Of a stretch of 59,966 nt of DNA, positions 10,274 through 20,380 are shown piece by piece. Each line of letters starts with the position of its first letter. Positions within the stretch are counted from its first letter, which is position 1. Source of the DNA: an uncultured virus (IMG/VR IMGVR_UViG_3300002162_000001). Its lineage: Duplodnaviria > Heunggongvirae > Uroviricota > Caudoviricetes. The stretch lies in IMG/VR virus record IMGVR_UViG_3300002162_000001, positions 62,001-121,966 of that record. One strand, 5' to 3'. A program made the translations under genes and the position numbers. A model generated the notes under the pieces. It searched no databases. It had not been told where the DNA came from and saw only the letters and a program-made list of their open reading frames with translations.

Positions 10274-10569
10274 TTAAGATACCTACTAGTTAGCAAGTAT
10301 CTTTAATCAACTATCATTATTATACATTTAATACACCTCCTAATATCATGTTTTAAAGTTAGGAATCAAGTACTATTCACATATAAATACATTGTTTTAT
10401 AACCTCCTATTTATTGTAGAAATATTTCATTTTAGCAAGTTTATCAATTTCATTATCATAAGTATCTTTTATTTTTTCCATTTCCTTATGAGTTATTTCT
10501 CTAATGTTTAAACCTTTTTTCTTTTTTTCTAGGTATTCAATTCTAGTATTTATTTCGGTTAATATTTTA

Positions 10570-10863
10570 TCAATTGTCATATGTTTTTACCTCCATTTCA
10601 TTTATCATGTATTGAAACTTATTAATGAATTTTGCATTATTTTCAATTTGTAATTTTGCATATTCTATACATACAATAGATACTGTTTTATTTGCATTAT
10701 CTTGTTGCCAATACTTCATATTATTAAATGTACTAGAATTTAAAAAACTTTCTAAATGTTTAATCCCTTGAATAAGTCCAATATTATCAAAGTTTGAATT
10801 TACAAGTATTTTTTCTATTAGTCCGTTTTTATCTAGTTGATTATAAATTTTTGAATATGTCAT
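10570..10863 (-). CDS. hypothetical phage protein
   Basis: ORF with GGGTGG RBS. Confidence 0.6.
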   Translation of the reverse strand: MTYSKIYNQLDKNGLIEKILVNSNFDNIGLIQGIKHLESFLNSSTFNNMKYWQQDNANKTVSIVCIEYAKLQIENNAKFINKFQYMINEMEVKTYDN

Positions 10864-11467
10864 ATTTTAGCCACCCTTTAATTTTTATTATTAAAACTCA
10901 AGATACTTTATACCCTCAGTTTTAATAATAAAAATTACAATATTGAAACAAGTTTCATTTTTTCATTATCACATCAATTTTCTACACATATTCTAAGTAT
11001 TAGTAATTTTTATAGAATAAATTCTATTAGTATATTCTAATAACTTAGAATTGATAGTTATAAAAAATATATAGTAATTAAACGATATTGTAATTTTCAT
11101 AAAATGTAACCTCTTTGTAATACATCTCCACTTTATGTAAGTATGGAGTACGGTTTTTTATGTTTGCTATCTATAATATTATTTATTATTCATTTAAATT
11201 TTTCTGATATACGTTAATCCATAGACTTACTTAATCCTTCCACATAACAATTTTACCCACTTGATAGAATTACATCTATAATACTAAGTGTTCATTATTA
11301 CTAGTCCGTTAAGTAGTTTCAAAGAGTTGGTATATCTCGCTAACTTAAGATTATTAGCTACTACTTACATTTTACTAAGTTGTAAGTAACTTTTAAATTG
11401 TCTAAGGTCAGTTTGAAATATTACTGTTAGAAGTTCGTGTGTGTCGGTTGCCTTAGCTGATAATGTA

Positions 11468-11496
11468 ATATTAACAGAACGTATAATACTATTCAA
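11468..11496 (-). promoter_or_regulatory. candidate leftward early promoter overlapped by the repeated motif
   Basis: Minus strand TTGAAT-17 bp-TAATAT with extended TG; contains GAATAGTATTAT. Confidence 0.5.
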
Positions 11497-13495
11497 TATG
11501 GATATAAGGTTATATAAAGAGAATAGATATATAATACCTTCCATTTACTCGTTAATGCTATGTATTTCATACAATTGCAATATTATTTATTATGATGTGA
11601 AATATTGTGAATTAGTATGTATTTGTATAATTATAGTGTTTATAAGTCCATGATTGAATGATATTGTTAGACATATAAATATATAGGTGTATAGCAAACT
11701 ATTGATTGTAGTTGACTTGGTGACGTTGTTTTATTGTTATATAGAGTTATTATAATAGATATTGTTATCAGATAGTAGGATAATAGAGTTATAATCATTG
11801 TTATCCTATTATGTTATAGAGTTAGTTATATAGTAGTGCAATGCATTGTTATAGAGTCATACAAGGCTTATAGAGTAGAGTTATATTACATTAGATAGTG
11901 AGATAGTTTGCTCCAATAGATTAAAATAGAGTACCTTTATGTTATTGGATAGTAAAGTCATATATTGGTTGTTCAGGTAATGATGTGTTAATGTAAACGA
12001 TAATAGTTAGTTGTTAGTAGTATGTTACTATATATATGTTCATTCATAGTATTAGTCATATGTCAAGTATTATTATATTGTTAGTATATGTCGAATACGT
12101 ATGATAGTAGATGTTATCAGTTTATTGTACGCGTTTTAGTATTCAATAATCGTGCCAACTATTTATAGTAGTATATCATAGTTTATAGATATAGTGATAA
12201 AATGTTAAGGTATTATTTATTAGTGTATAGTTATGCAATTATAATGTATATTGATGTATAGTTAATATATGTAAGTCGTGCAACGTAGATATAGTGTCAT
12301 TGTATCAATCATTTGTGTTAAATTATACAGTAAATGTATATAGTTTGTTATATAAGTTAATGTTGAATGATACTGTAAATATATTTTATTTAGTAGAATT
12401 GATAGGATAATTGAAGGTAGAATATAAGTGTTGACATTGTAGTTATAGTATGATTTATATTTATTGAAATAACTTTCATAATTAATATCATAAGTCAAGG
12501 GTTTATATTTAAGGAATCAATTATCATTCATTATGAAAGTTATTAGTTTTAGGTGTGTATAGTAATTAATATATATGTTAATACCTTAGTAGTGATTAGT
12601 AATTATATTAATGTTTAAGGGTAGTGATTAATATAATTGTTAATGTAAAGTAAACTTAACATTTAAAATTGCATTCTTAATATAATCGTTTATATGAGTA
12701 TATAATCATATGACATAAATCCATATTTATATATCAGCCTAAAATATACTATAACCTAGTGATTCTTAGTAATACCCTATTAATTGTATATACTTGTAAC
12801 TAAATATGTATTTAGTACCATGTTTTTAGTTAATATCCTTCAAATATAGTGATATCAACGTGTCAAAGGCTATAGAATAAGGCTATCAGACACACAAAAT
12901 AGGGTATACGGGGGCTATTAAACGTTTGAGGCTATGACTTGATCGGGCTAAAAGCCCCTGCCTGTACTATCCCAACTCGCAATAGAAATTAACGAATTCG
13001 GCCTAAATAATCACTCATTATGACATAAATTAGGTCTAAATTCCCGTACCATAATTCATCGGTTTTCACACCGGTCAAACCTAGCAGTAGCAACACTTCA
13101 TACGGAGAATAATCACCAACTCTAAAATTTACCTAAAAAGTACCCTTCACCGTCTTCGCTTCCCGTACTAAAACCATACCCTCTCCGTAACGTATCTCTC
13201 CTTTCCTACATCAATTATAAATTCTTTCCATATAATCACACCTAATCATAGAAACTATTTCTTCACACCTCTATCTCGACTTCATATACTACCTACCCGG
13301 GGGTATAATTCTAAATAAATAATATTTTACCTATAACTGCCTACTCTATCCTAAAATTTAATAAAGACATATTTCTCCAGAGCCTTAATGGCGATTGAAT
13401 GATCCATGAAGAATATTTATTTTAGGAATCTATTGTATAATAAATAATATTGTATTAAGATGTAAATATAAAACAAATCAGAAAGGAGAATCATT

Positions 13496-13672
13496 ATGTA
13501 TAAAATAACTTCATCAGATATAGATACTCAGATTAAAATATTTCAATCAGAACTTTTGAATACTCAATCTAACAATTGGAAAGAAAGATTACAAAGAAGA
13601 ACTCTTGGAGAAATGATAGATTATCTTAAATTAATAAAAACTGAAATAATAATAAATTCTATCAGCAGTTAA
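13496..13672 (+). CDS. small hypothetical protein (58 aa)
   Basis: GAAAGGAG RBS; promoter TTGTAT-17-TAAGAT at 13433-13461. Confidence 0.55.
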   Translation: MYKITSSDIDTQIKIFQSELLNTQSNNWKERLQRRTLGEMIDYLKLIKTEIIINSISS

Positions 13673-14029
13673 TATCTATCAGAATTCTCTCAGGTAAACT
13701 TAATCAATCTGGAGTGATCTCATCATATATTAACTAATACTTATCCAATTACATCTACTTCTCAATCATACTCATCTAATTTCAATATCCTTAAAATCAC
13801 TCTAAATCCATTCACCTTATCTAATCAGTCATCACATCTCTGTAAATTCTACCAATATAAATATATGTCTTCCAGTAAACCATTCCTCTATGGCTCTCTT
13901 AGATAACCTAAATACATACTAGGAGGGGGAGTATTAATCTATCAGAATATATTTCTCTATAGTACCCTATACCCTGTTTATGAAAATCTATGTAATTTCC
14001 TTCGGGATAAATAAAAATATCTGTTTCTA

Positions 14030-14058
14030 TTGTATAATAAATAGTATTGTACTATAAT
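14030..14058 (+). promoter_or_regulatory. sigma-A promoter with the repeated motif filling the spacer
   Basis: TTGTAT-aataaatagtattgtac-TATAAT. Confidence 0.65.
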
Positions 14059-14099
14059 TAATACAAGAAAATAAATTTATCAAAAGGAGAGTTACTATT

Positions 14100-14231
14100 A
14101 TGAAAATTCAAATACAGAATCTCATCAATACTATGAGAATTAATCCTAAGAATTTTAAAGATCTAAATAAACAAATGATGCAGCTCCTATTTATATTCAG
14201 TATGATAATTATATTAATTAGGAAGAAATAA
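14100..14231 (+). CDS. small peptide with hydrophobic, basic C-terminus (43 aa)
   Basis: AAAGGAGAG RBS; MKIQIQNLINTMRINPKNFKDLNKQMMQLLFIFSMIIILIRKK. Confidence 0.45.
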   Translation: MKIQIQNLINTMRINPKNFKDLNKQMMQLLFIFSMIIILIRKK

Positions 14232-14317
14232 AAACATAATTACCCAGAGGCTTAACGCCGATTGAGAGCCTAGATAGATAATAAAAAAGGAATACCTTTC
14301 TAAGATACTCCTGTATA

Positions 14318-14518
14318 TTATTCTACATATTCAATTAGATCTTCAATATTACATTTAAATAATTTACACAAACAATCTATTGTATTAAATCCTATTGATG
14401 TTGTATTATTATTATTTAGTTTATGTAATGTTGAATATGCAATACCAGTTTTTACAGCAACCCAATTCAACGAACGTTCTTCTCTTTTTAAAATAGCCTG
14501 TAACTTTACTTTAACCAT
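14318..14518 (-). CDS. Cro/CI-type (XRE) HTH regulator
   Basis: LNWVAVKTGIAYSTLHKL...TIDCLCKLFKCNIEDLIEY; AGGAGG RBS. Confidence 0.9.
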   Translation of the reverse strand: MVKVKLQAILKREERSLNWVAVKTGIAYSTLHKLNNNNTTSIGFNTIDCLCKLFKCNIEDLIEYVE

Positions 14519-14591
14519 GTCATTACCTCCTTCTCGCTATAATAATTATAGCATATATGTAATAGAAATTAAAGCTTAATATTTATTTAAT

Positions 14592-14627
14592 TATAGTGTT
14601 GACACTATAGTTGCTTAGGTGTATAAT
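14592..14627 (+). promoter_or_regulatory. consensus sigma-A promoter with palindromic operator over the -35
   Basis: TTGACA(14599)-17-TATAAT(14622); inverted repeat TATAGTGT-tg-ACACTATA 14592-14609; divergent from the HTH gene. Confidence 0.8.
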
Positions 14628-14885
14628 TAAAGTATAAGTGAATATAGCGTGTTGTTTTAACATACTAGCAACGTTAAATAATTAGTATAGCTGAACTTGA
14701 GGCGATGTATAAAATCAAGTGGGAGTAATATCATGAGAGTTATCGACCTCAAGCGGAAAGACTCATCCATAGTGCCCAACCGCTATAAGAAATTGGAGCA
14801 TATTATGGAGAAGCAGAAGAAAATAAAATCTGTTAATTAATTAAAAGTATCTTATAATAAATAGTATTGTATAAGGAGGCTCATC

Positions 14886-15062
14886 ATGGAAAAGAAATTC
14901 AGAGAGGTTAAGAAAAAATACTTAGCAGAAGCCTTAAGCTTTTTAGGGTTCCACTATATGAAATTTACTAATGGAACAGAAACAGTTTATTCATTTGAGG
15001 ATACAGATAAGTTTCAATCTGCATTTAATGAACTAATTCAATTGAGAGACAAACTAATATAA
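14886..15062 (+). CDS. small conserved-type phage protein (58 aa, DUF5659-like)
   Basis: Manual translation MEKKFREVKKKYLAEALSFLGFHYMKF...TVYSFEDTDKFQSAF; AAGGAGG RBS. Confidence 0.7.
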   Translation: MEKKFREVKKKYLAEALSFLGFHYMKFTNGTETVYSFEDTDKFQSAFNELIQLRDKLI

Positions 15063-15080
15063 ATTAAGGAAGGTGCAATT

Positions 15081-15518
15081 ATGAAGGAAGAAACAGAGAC
15101 CATATTAAAAGACTTATTTATAAATGATGAAGGTGGATATTTCCCTATACCTAGAAGATTCAGTAGAGTCTTAGGATGTAATACTGCTGGACTGCTGGAG
15201 GAACTGTGTGATAGATATGATTATTTTAAATCTATTGATGGACTTAATGAGTATGGAGAATTCTATTATATAATATCTGACCTTGAAATTAATACAGGTT
15301 TAACTAAATCAGAACAGACTACTTCTATTAAGAAACTGGTTGATTATGGATTTATCATAAGTACAACTTCAAGAGGACTACCCAAGAAAAGATATTTCCT
15401 TATGAGCGATAATATTCCCCTACTATTAGAAGTATTAATTTCTGAATCTGAAAAGAAGAAAATAAAAATACAGGAAAGGAACAAAAATGATACTAAATCA
15501 ATGAAATTACCTTATTAA
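15081..15518 (+). CDS. replication-initiator-like winged-HTH protein (N-terminal domain only)
   Basis: FYYIISDLEINTGLTKSEQTTSIKKLVDYGFI...GLPKKRYF resembles phage Rep N-termini; followed by periodic repeats. Confidence 0.6.
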   Translation: MKEETETILKDLFINDEGGYFPIPRRFSRVLGCNTAGLLEELCDRYDYFKSIDGLNEYGEFYYIISDLEINTGLTKSEQTTSIKKLVDYGFIISTTSRGLPKKRYFLMSDNIPLLLEVLISESEKKKIKIQERNKNDTKSMKLPY

Positions 15519-15550
15519 TACCTATGAATGGCGTGGTTGGTCAATTGACT

Positions 15551-15650
15551 AAATCCGTACTTCTATAGCCTAAATAGTGACTTCTATGGACGATATCCGT
15601 ACTTCTATGGGAAGGATATAGCCATACGTTGGACGATATCATGACATAAT
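15551..15650 (+). repeat. 21-bp-period degenerate direct repeats (iteron-like)
   Basis: ACTTCTAT at 15559, 15580, 15601; TGGACGATATC at 15587 and 15630. Confidence 0.65.
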
Positions 15651-15910
15651 AAAGAACTAGTATAAATAACTAAGTATTAACAACTATAACTAATATCTAA
15701 TATAAACAGCTATTTTCGATTCCATTAGCATTTCATCGAATGAGATTATGCCTTTTGGATTCGTTAAGAAGATGTAGCATAGTTTCCTTCCCAAAGATTA
15801 CTCAACATTAATCTTATAATAAATAGTATTATTGACATTGAGATTAATAAGGTATATAGTATTGGAAAGGAGGAAATTCGCTTAGCTATAGTTTCATAAT
15901 AAATAATATT

Positions 15911-17368
15911 GTGCGAAGGAGAAATAATATATTGAGAAAAGTATTTTTAGAAGATTTACCTACAACGTGGAGAGGTATAGATTGGGCGGGTTCTGTTGGG
16001 TATAACATAAAATTTATTTATGATGATATAAAAGGAGAAATTGAAATTATTACCTATAATTTGGAAAAGCATGTCCTATCAATAAAGTATCTTGACAATG
16101 ATATTTTTAAAATACTCACAGATGGATTTGCTCAATGTCAATTGGGTAAATTATTAAAAAGACACACTCATGATTTTAAAATACAAATAGGACAAACATT
16201 TAAAAGTGATATGAGAGATATGACTGTAATAGGTAGAGAATATCGAAGAGAAATCAAACCCACTAGATATCTAGATCAAAAATATTATGAATATGAGTGT
16301 AACATTTGTGGATATAAAGAAGGTTGGATCACAGAAAGTAATCTTCTTAGTGGAATTGGATGTGGTTGTTGTCATAACTTGGTTGTAGTTGAAGGTATTA
16401 ATGATATTCCAACAACAGCTCCAGAATTAGTAAAGTTTTTTCAGAACCCAGAAGACGCTAAATTATATACTAAGAGCAGTAATCAAAAAATTAAACCAAT
16501 ATGCCCTGATTGTGGAAAGATTAAAGCTAAAGAAATGCCTATAAGCAGAATCTATGATAAAGGAATGGCTTGTTCCTGTTCTGATGGGATAAGTTATCCA
16601 GAAAAACTAACATATGGCGTCCTTGATCAGTTAAATATATTGTTTGAAACACAGTTATCCAAAAGTACCTTTAAATGGTGCATGGGATATAGATATGACT
16701 TTTATATTCCTTCTATAAATGCAATTTTGGAAATTAATGGCCGCCAGCATTATGAGGAACATAGTAAAAACTCTAAATTTAAGATGAGCTTACGGGAGGA
16801 AATAGAGAACGATAAAGCAAAGCAAAAAATAGCAGAACAAAATGGAATATCTGAATATATCATCATTGACTGTAGTAAATCAGATTTAGAATTTATCAAA
16901 ACTAAAATATTAGGGAGTAGATTGAATGGGTTACTAAATTTAAATAATATAGATTGGAATAAATGTGAGGAGTTTGCATTGAGCAACTTGGTAAAAAAAG
17001 CATGTGAATTAAAGAGAGATAACCCAAACATAACAAGTTCTGACATTGCTTCTAGTATGAATTTTAGTATTACTACTATTATTAGTTATCTTAAGCGTGG
17101 TACAAAAATATGGGATTGGTGTAATTATGATCCCAAAGAAGAAATGAGAAAATGTGCGTATAAATTACGGAATAAAAGTTGTAAACAAGTGGAAATATTT
17201 AAGGATGAAATTAGCATAGGAATATTACCTTCTACGATGGAATTAGAGAGACAATCTGAAAAATTATTCGGTGTAAAACTAGAATTCCGAGCAATATCTG
17301 CTGCATGTTTAAATCAGACAAAATTATATAAAGGATTTTCATTCAAATATACAGTAAATAATAATTAA
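15911..17368 (+). CDS. free-standing homing-endonuclease-like protein (Zn ribbons, PD-(D/E)xK/Vsr-like nuclease, NUMOD1-like tail)
   Basis: CxxC pairs; YRYDFYIP...LEINGRQHY...NDKAK; C-terminal ISAACLNQTKLYKGFSFKY. Confidence 0.75.
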   Translation: MRRRNNILRKVFLEDLPTTWRGIDWAGSVGYNIKFIYDDIKGEIEIITYNLEKHVLSIKYLDNDIFKILTDGFAQCQLGKLLKRHTHDFKIQIGQTFKSDMRDMTVIGREYRREIKPTRYLDQKYYEYECNICGYKEGWITESNLLSGIGCGCCHNLVVVEGINDIPTTAPELVKFFQNPEDAKLYTKSSNQKIKPICPDCGKIKAKEMPISRIYDKGMACSCSDGISYPEKLTYGVLDQLNILFETQLSKSTFKWCMGYRYDFYIPSINAILEINGRQHYEEHSKNSKFKMSLREEIENDKAKQKIAEQNGISEYIIIDCSKSDLEFIKTKILGSRLNGLLNLNNIDWNKCEEFALSNLVKKACELKRDNPNITSSDIASSMNFSITTIISYLKRGTKIWDWCNYDPKEEMRKCAYKLRNKSCKQVEIFKDEISIGILPSTMELERQSEKLFGVKLEFRAISAACLNQTKLYKGFSFKYTVNNN

Positions 17369-17369
17369 A

Positions 17370-19190
17370 ATGAAAGAAGGAATATTAATGGAATTTAACA
17401 AAGAACAATTAGAATGTATTAACCATAAAGATAACGCTCTATCATGTATAGCAAGTGCTGGTAGTGGAAAATCAACTGTACTTGTAAATAGAATTAAGAA
17501 CTTAGTGGAGGTATACGGTATCCCTCAGAGTGAGATATTAGCTATAACTTTCACACATAATACAAGATTAGAATTAAAAAAGAAACTAAAAGATATGTCT
17601 TTGAGTAATGTGGAAATTCACACGTTCCACTCCCTTGCTGGAAAACAACTTGTTCAATATGGAATAGTAAAAAGAGAGCCTAATGATAATGAAGAGGAAA
17701 ATACTGGATTGAATAAATATGCTCTAATGGCTAAGTTTAAGGCCGTTTATAAAGATATAAAGAACAAAGGTTACGATGATATTCTCAGCTTCGTCAGTTA
17801 TCAAAAGAGCTATATGTTAGGATATAACGATGAATTTGTAGCTAAGGAAAGTAATTTTACTGAAAATGATTTGAGAAAGTTTTATAAAATCTATGAGGAT
17901 TATAAAGCCAGTATTAATTATTTAGACTTTGATGATTTACTCCTAGAATGTAATAAATTGATGGACTTACATCCAGAAATTATATTTAATTATGTACTTT
18001 GTGATGAAATGCAGGATTTGTGCCTTAGCCAGGTATCATTGTTACATAAGTGGTGTAAGTCTGGTAACATGTTTGGAGTATTTGATTATAGACAGACACT
18101 TTATAGATTTAGAGGGGCTGAACCTGAATATTGTATGAATTTTGATAAGGACTGGGGTGCAAAAGTAGTTAATTTGAGTACTAATTATAGATCTTGTAAG
18201 AATATCGTTGAAAAATCAAATTCTTTTATCAAAAAATACTATGGTTGGTATGAGCATTACGAGGACAGTGTAGCTGCTAATCAAGATAATGGTGTGATAA
18301 AGCTTTTGACTAGTTCTGATGGAGTAGAGGAAGCTGTGAAGGTTGTAAATGAGATTAAAAAACTACTTGTTGCTGGAGAAGATATCAATGAGATTTGTAT
18401 CTTATATAGGCTCAACGTCATGGCGGATTACATTGAGAGTTTACTTAAATCTGAAGGCATCGAATATGATATCAAGGGAAATGGAAGTTTTTTTAAGAGA
18501 AAAGAAGTAGCCTCTATAATTGCAATATTAAAATTAGTTAAGAACCCTCATGATAATGCAGCTTTTTTAGATTTATATAATGCAAGGTTGAATCCTTTAA
18601 AGTTCTTTAATAAAAATGATAAAGAAGCTATTGATAGGTATAAATTAAAGAATGATCTCTCCTACTTTGAGACTTTAAGCTCTATAACATTTCCTGAATC
18701 ATGGAAGAATAGAAATTTAAAGTCATTTACCTCAGCTATATTTGATTTGAAAATTAAATATGAAAAAACACATTCCATAGAATCAATTATTGATATGGCT
18801 AAACAGGAATTCAAGATTAGGGATTATCTATCAGAAAATTATCAAGATGAAGAAGTGAGAGATAGAATGCAGTCTATAGAAACTCTAAAGTTATTTGTTA
18901 AGGGACAAGATTTAGCAAAATTTCTGCAATTTACTGAGGAATCCCTTGAAAAGAAAACTAAAAAAGATAAGAAAGATTCTTTGAAAATGATGACAATACA
19001 TGGAAGTAAGGGACTTCAGTTCAAACATGTGTTTGTCGTTTCAATACAGAGCGAAAAGTTCCCACATGCCAAAGCTAACATATTAGATGAAGCAATGTTA
19101 TTCTATGTCAGTATAACTAGAAGCGTTGAAACCCTAACTTTATCACAGATCGGACAATCGAATGTTTTTGTAGAAGAGTATTTCTCATAA
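17370..19190 (+). CDS. UvrD/PcrA-family SF1 helicase
   Basis: ASAGSGKS, DEMQD, QTLYRFRGA, NYRS, TIHGSKGLQF, YVSITRS motifs. Confidence 0.95.
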   Translation: MKEGILMEFNKEQLECINHKDNALSCIASAGSGKSTVLVNRIKNLVEVYGIPQSEILAITFTHNTRLELKKKLKDMSLSNVEIHTFHSLAGKQLVQYGIVKREPNDNEEENTGLNKYALMAKFKAVYKDIKNKGYDDILSFVSYQKSYMLGYNDEFVAKESNFTENDLRKFYKIYEDYKASINYLDFDDLLLECNKLMDLHPEIIFNYVLCDEMQDLCLSQVSLLHKWCKSGNMFGVFDYRQTLYRFRGAEPEYCMNFDKDWGAKVVNLSTNYRSCKNIVEKSNSFIKKYYGWYEHYEDSVAANQDNGVIKLLTSSDGVEEAVKVVNEIKKLLVAGEDINEICILYRLNVMADYIESLLKSEGIEYDIKGNGSFFKRKEVASIIAILKLVKNPHDNAAFLDLYNARLNPLKFFNKNDKEAIDRYKLKNDLSYFETLSSITFPESWKNRNLKSFTSAIFDLKIKYEKTHSIESIIDMAKQEFKIRDYLSENYQDEEVRDRMQSIETLKLFVKGQDLAKFLQFTEESLEKKTKKDKKDSLKMMTIHGSKGLQFKHVFVVSIQSEKFPHAKANILDEAMLFYVSITRSVETLTLSQIGQSNVFVEEYFS

Positions 19191-19415
19191 TAAATAATAT
19201 TGTATACAAAATTAAAATAGTGTGCTATAATAAATGTATCAGAGAAAAGAAAGAAGGAATTTTATGATTGTATTTGTATAATAAATAGTATTGTATGTTG
19301 GAAGGGTATTTCCACAAGGCCAATGGAGCCATAGAGCATCGAAACAGGAGTAAAGGTATATTTGTATTCATTAAAAATAAATAAGCCCAGCGAGGTTGTA
19401 TGAAGGAGAAAGATT

Positions 19416-19715
19416 ATGATATTAAATTTAGGAGAATTTCAAATAGTTACAGACGAGAGGCAATTTATTGTTCAAAAAAAGAGGATTGTACAAGCTTCTA
19501 AAATGACAAAAGAAGCTAACATAGGAAATGAAGTAATTGATAATATTGCTTATTGTAGAACACTTAATCAATGCTTAAAACATGTAGGAAATCAAATTAT
19601 AATGAGTAATGATAGTATTCAAGATATATTAACTAAATTATCAGAACTAAATAAAACTATAGATTCCTTTACAGGACACTTTGATATTCATGAGGTGACA
19701 GAAAATGAAAATTAA
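19416..19715 (+). CDS. hypothetical phage protein
   Basis: ORF with AAGGAG RBS. Confidence 0.75.
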   Translation: MILNLGEFQIVTDERQFIVQKKRIVQASKMTKEANIGNEVIDNIAYCRTLNQCLKHVGNQIIMSNDSIQDILTKLSELNKTIDSFTGHFDIHEVTENEN

Positions 19716-20004
19716 CAATAATTGCAGCACTTGTGCATACAGAGATATAACAGAAGTTAAATTAGTTTGTAATAGGCCAGTAGCATCAGAAAATAGAGTT
19801 GCTACTAATTTAGGAGATGTAGAATTACCCTGTCCTTGTCATTCAGAGAGAGATATTAATAAGAAACAAGGTATATTTATGGGAGACGGCAGTTTTCACG
19901 TTAGTAAGAGTAAGCTGAAAGAGCTTGAGGCATTTATATTTTCTAAGAAAGATAAATATGAGGATATAGATATTGAGGATTATGTGTTAGAGGATAATGT
20001 TTAA
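19705..20004 (+). CDS. hypothetical protein with Cys/His cluster
   Basis: CSTC...C...CPCH; GAGGTG RBS. Confidence 0.7.
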   Translation: MKINNNCSTCAYRDITEVKLVCNRPVASENRVATNLGDVELPCPCHSERDINKKQGIFMGDGSFHVSKSKLKELEAFIFSKKDKYEDIDIEDYVLEDNV

Positions 20005-20053
20005 AAATTAGTTATAATAAATAGTATTATAGAGGAAAGAAGGAAATTATATT

Positions 20054-20362
20054 ATGACAAGAAAAGAAATAAGGAAAAGCATAGAAGGCAAAGTTAAGGA
20101 ACTCGGAGCAAAGGAGGCTTATAAGTATTTTGTATTAGCAAACACAAGAGTCATAAAGCTTCAAATGAAAGAACTTCCTACAGATAAAGACAAAGCAATA
20201 TTTATAAATTTATCTCATTCAATAACAGTCAAAGGATTTAAAGATGCCAATATGTTATCAAGATTTTCAGAACTATTTTTACAAGATAATGTAATTTACG
20301 ATGAGGTATGGGATTATGTTTTTGAAGATTTATCTAAAATTGCATATTCAAAAATAAATTAG
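20054..20362 (+). CDS. hypothetical phage protein
   Basis: ORF with RBS. Confidence 0.7.
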   Translation: MTRKEIRKSIEGKVKELGAKEAYKYFVLANTRVIKLQMKELPTDKDKAIFINLSHSITVKGFKDANMLSRFSELFLQDNVIYDEVWDYVFEDLSKIAYSKIN

Positions 20363-20380
20363 AATGTGGAGGACTAGCTT

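Noticed and set aside
11325..11365. Hammerhead-like pattern on minus strand (CTAATAA...GAAACTAC)
   Set aside because: Core is not CUGANGA and stem I is missing
11441..12498. ORFs 11441-11653 and 12262-12498
   Set aside because: No RBS, low-complexity Tyr/Ile/Asn composition typical of spurious AT-rich ORFs
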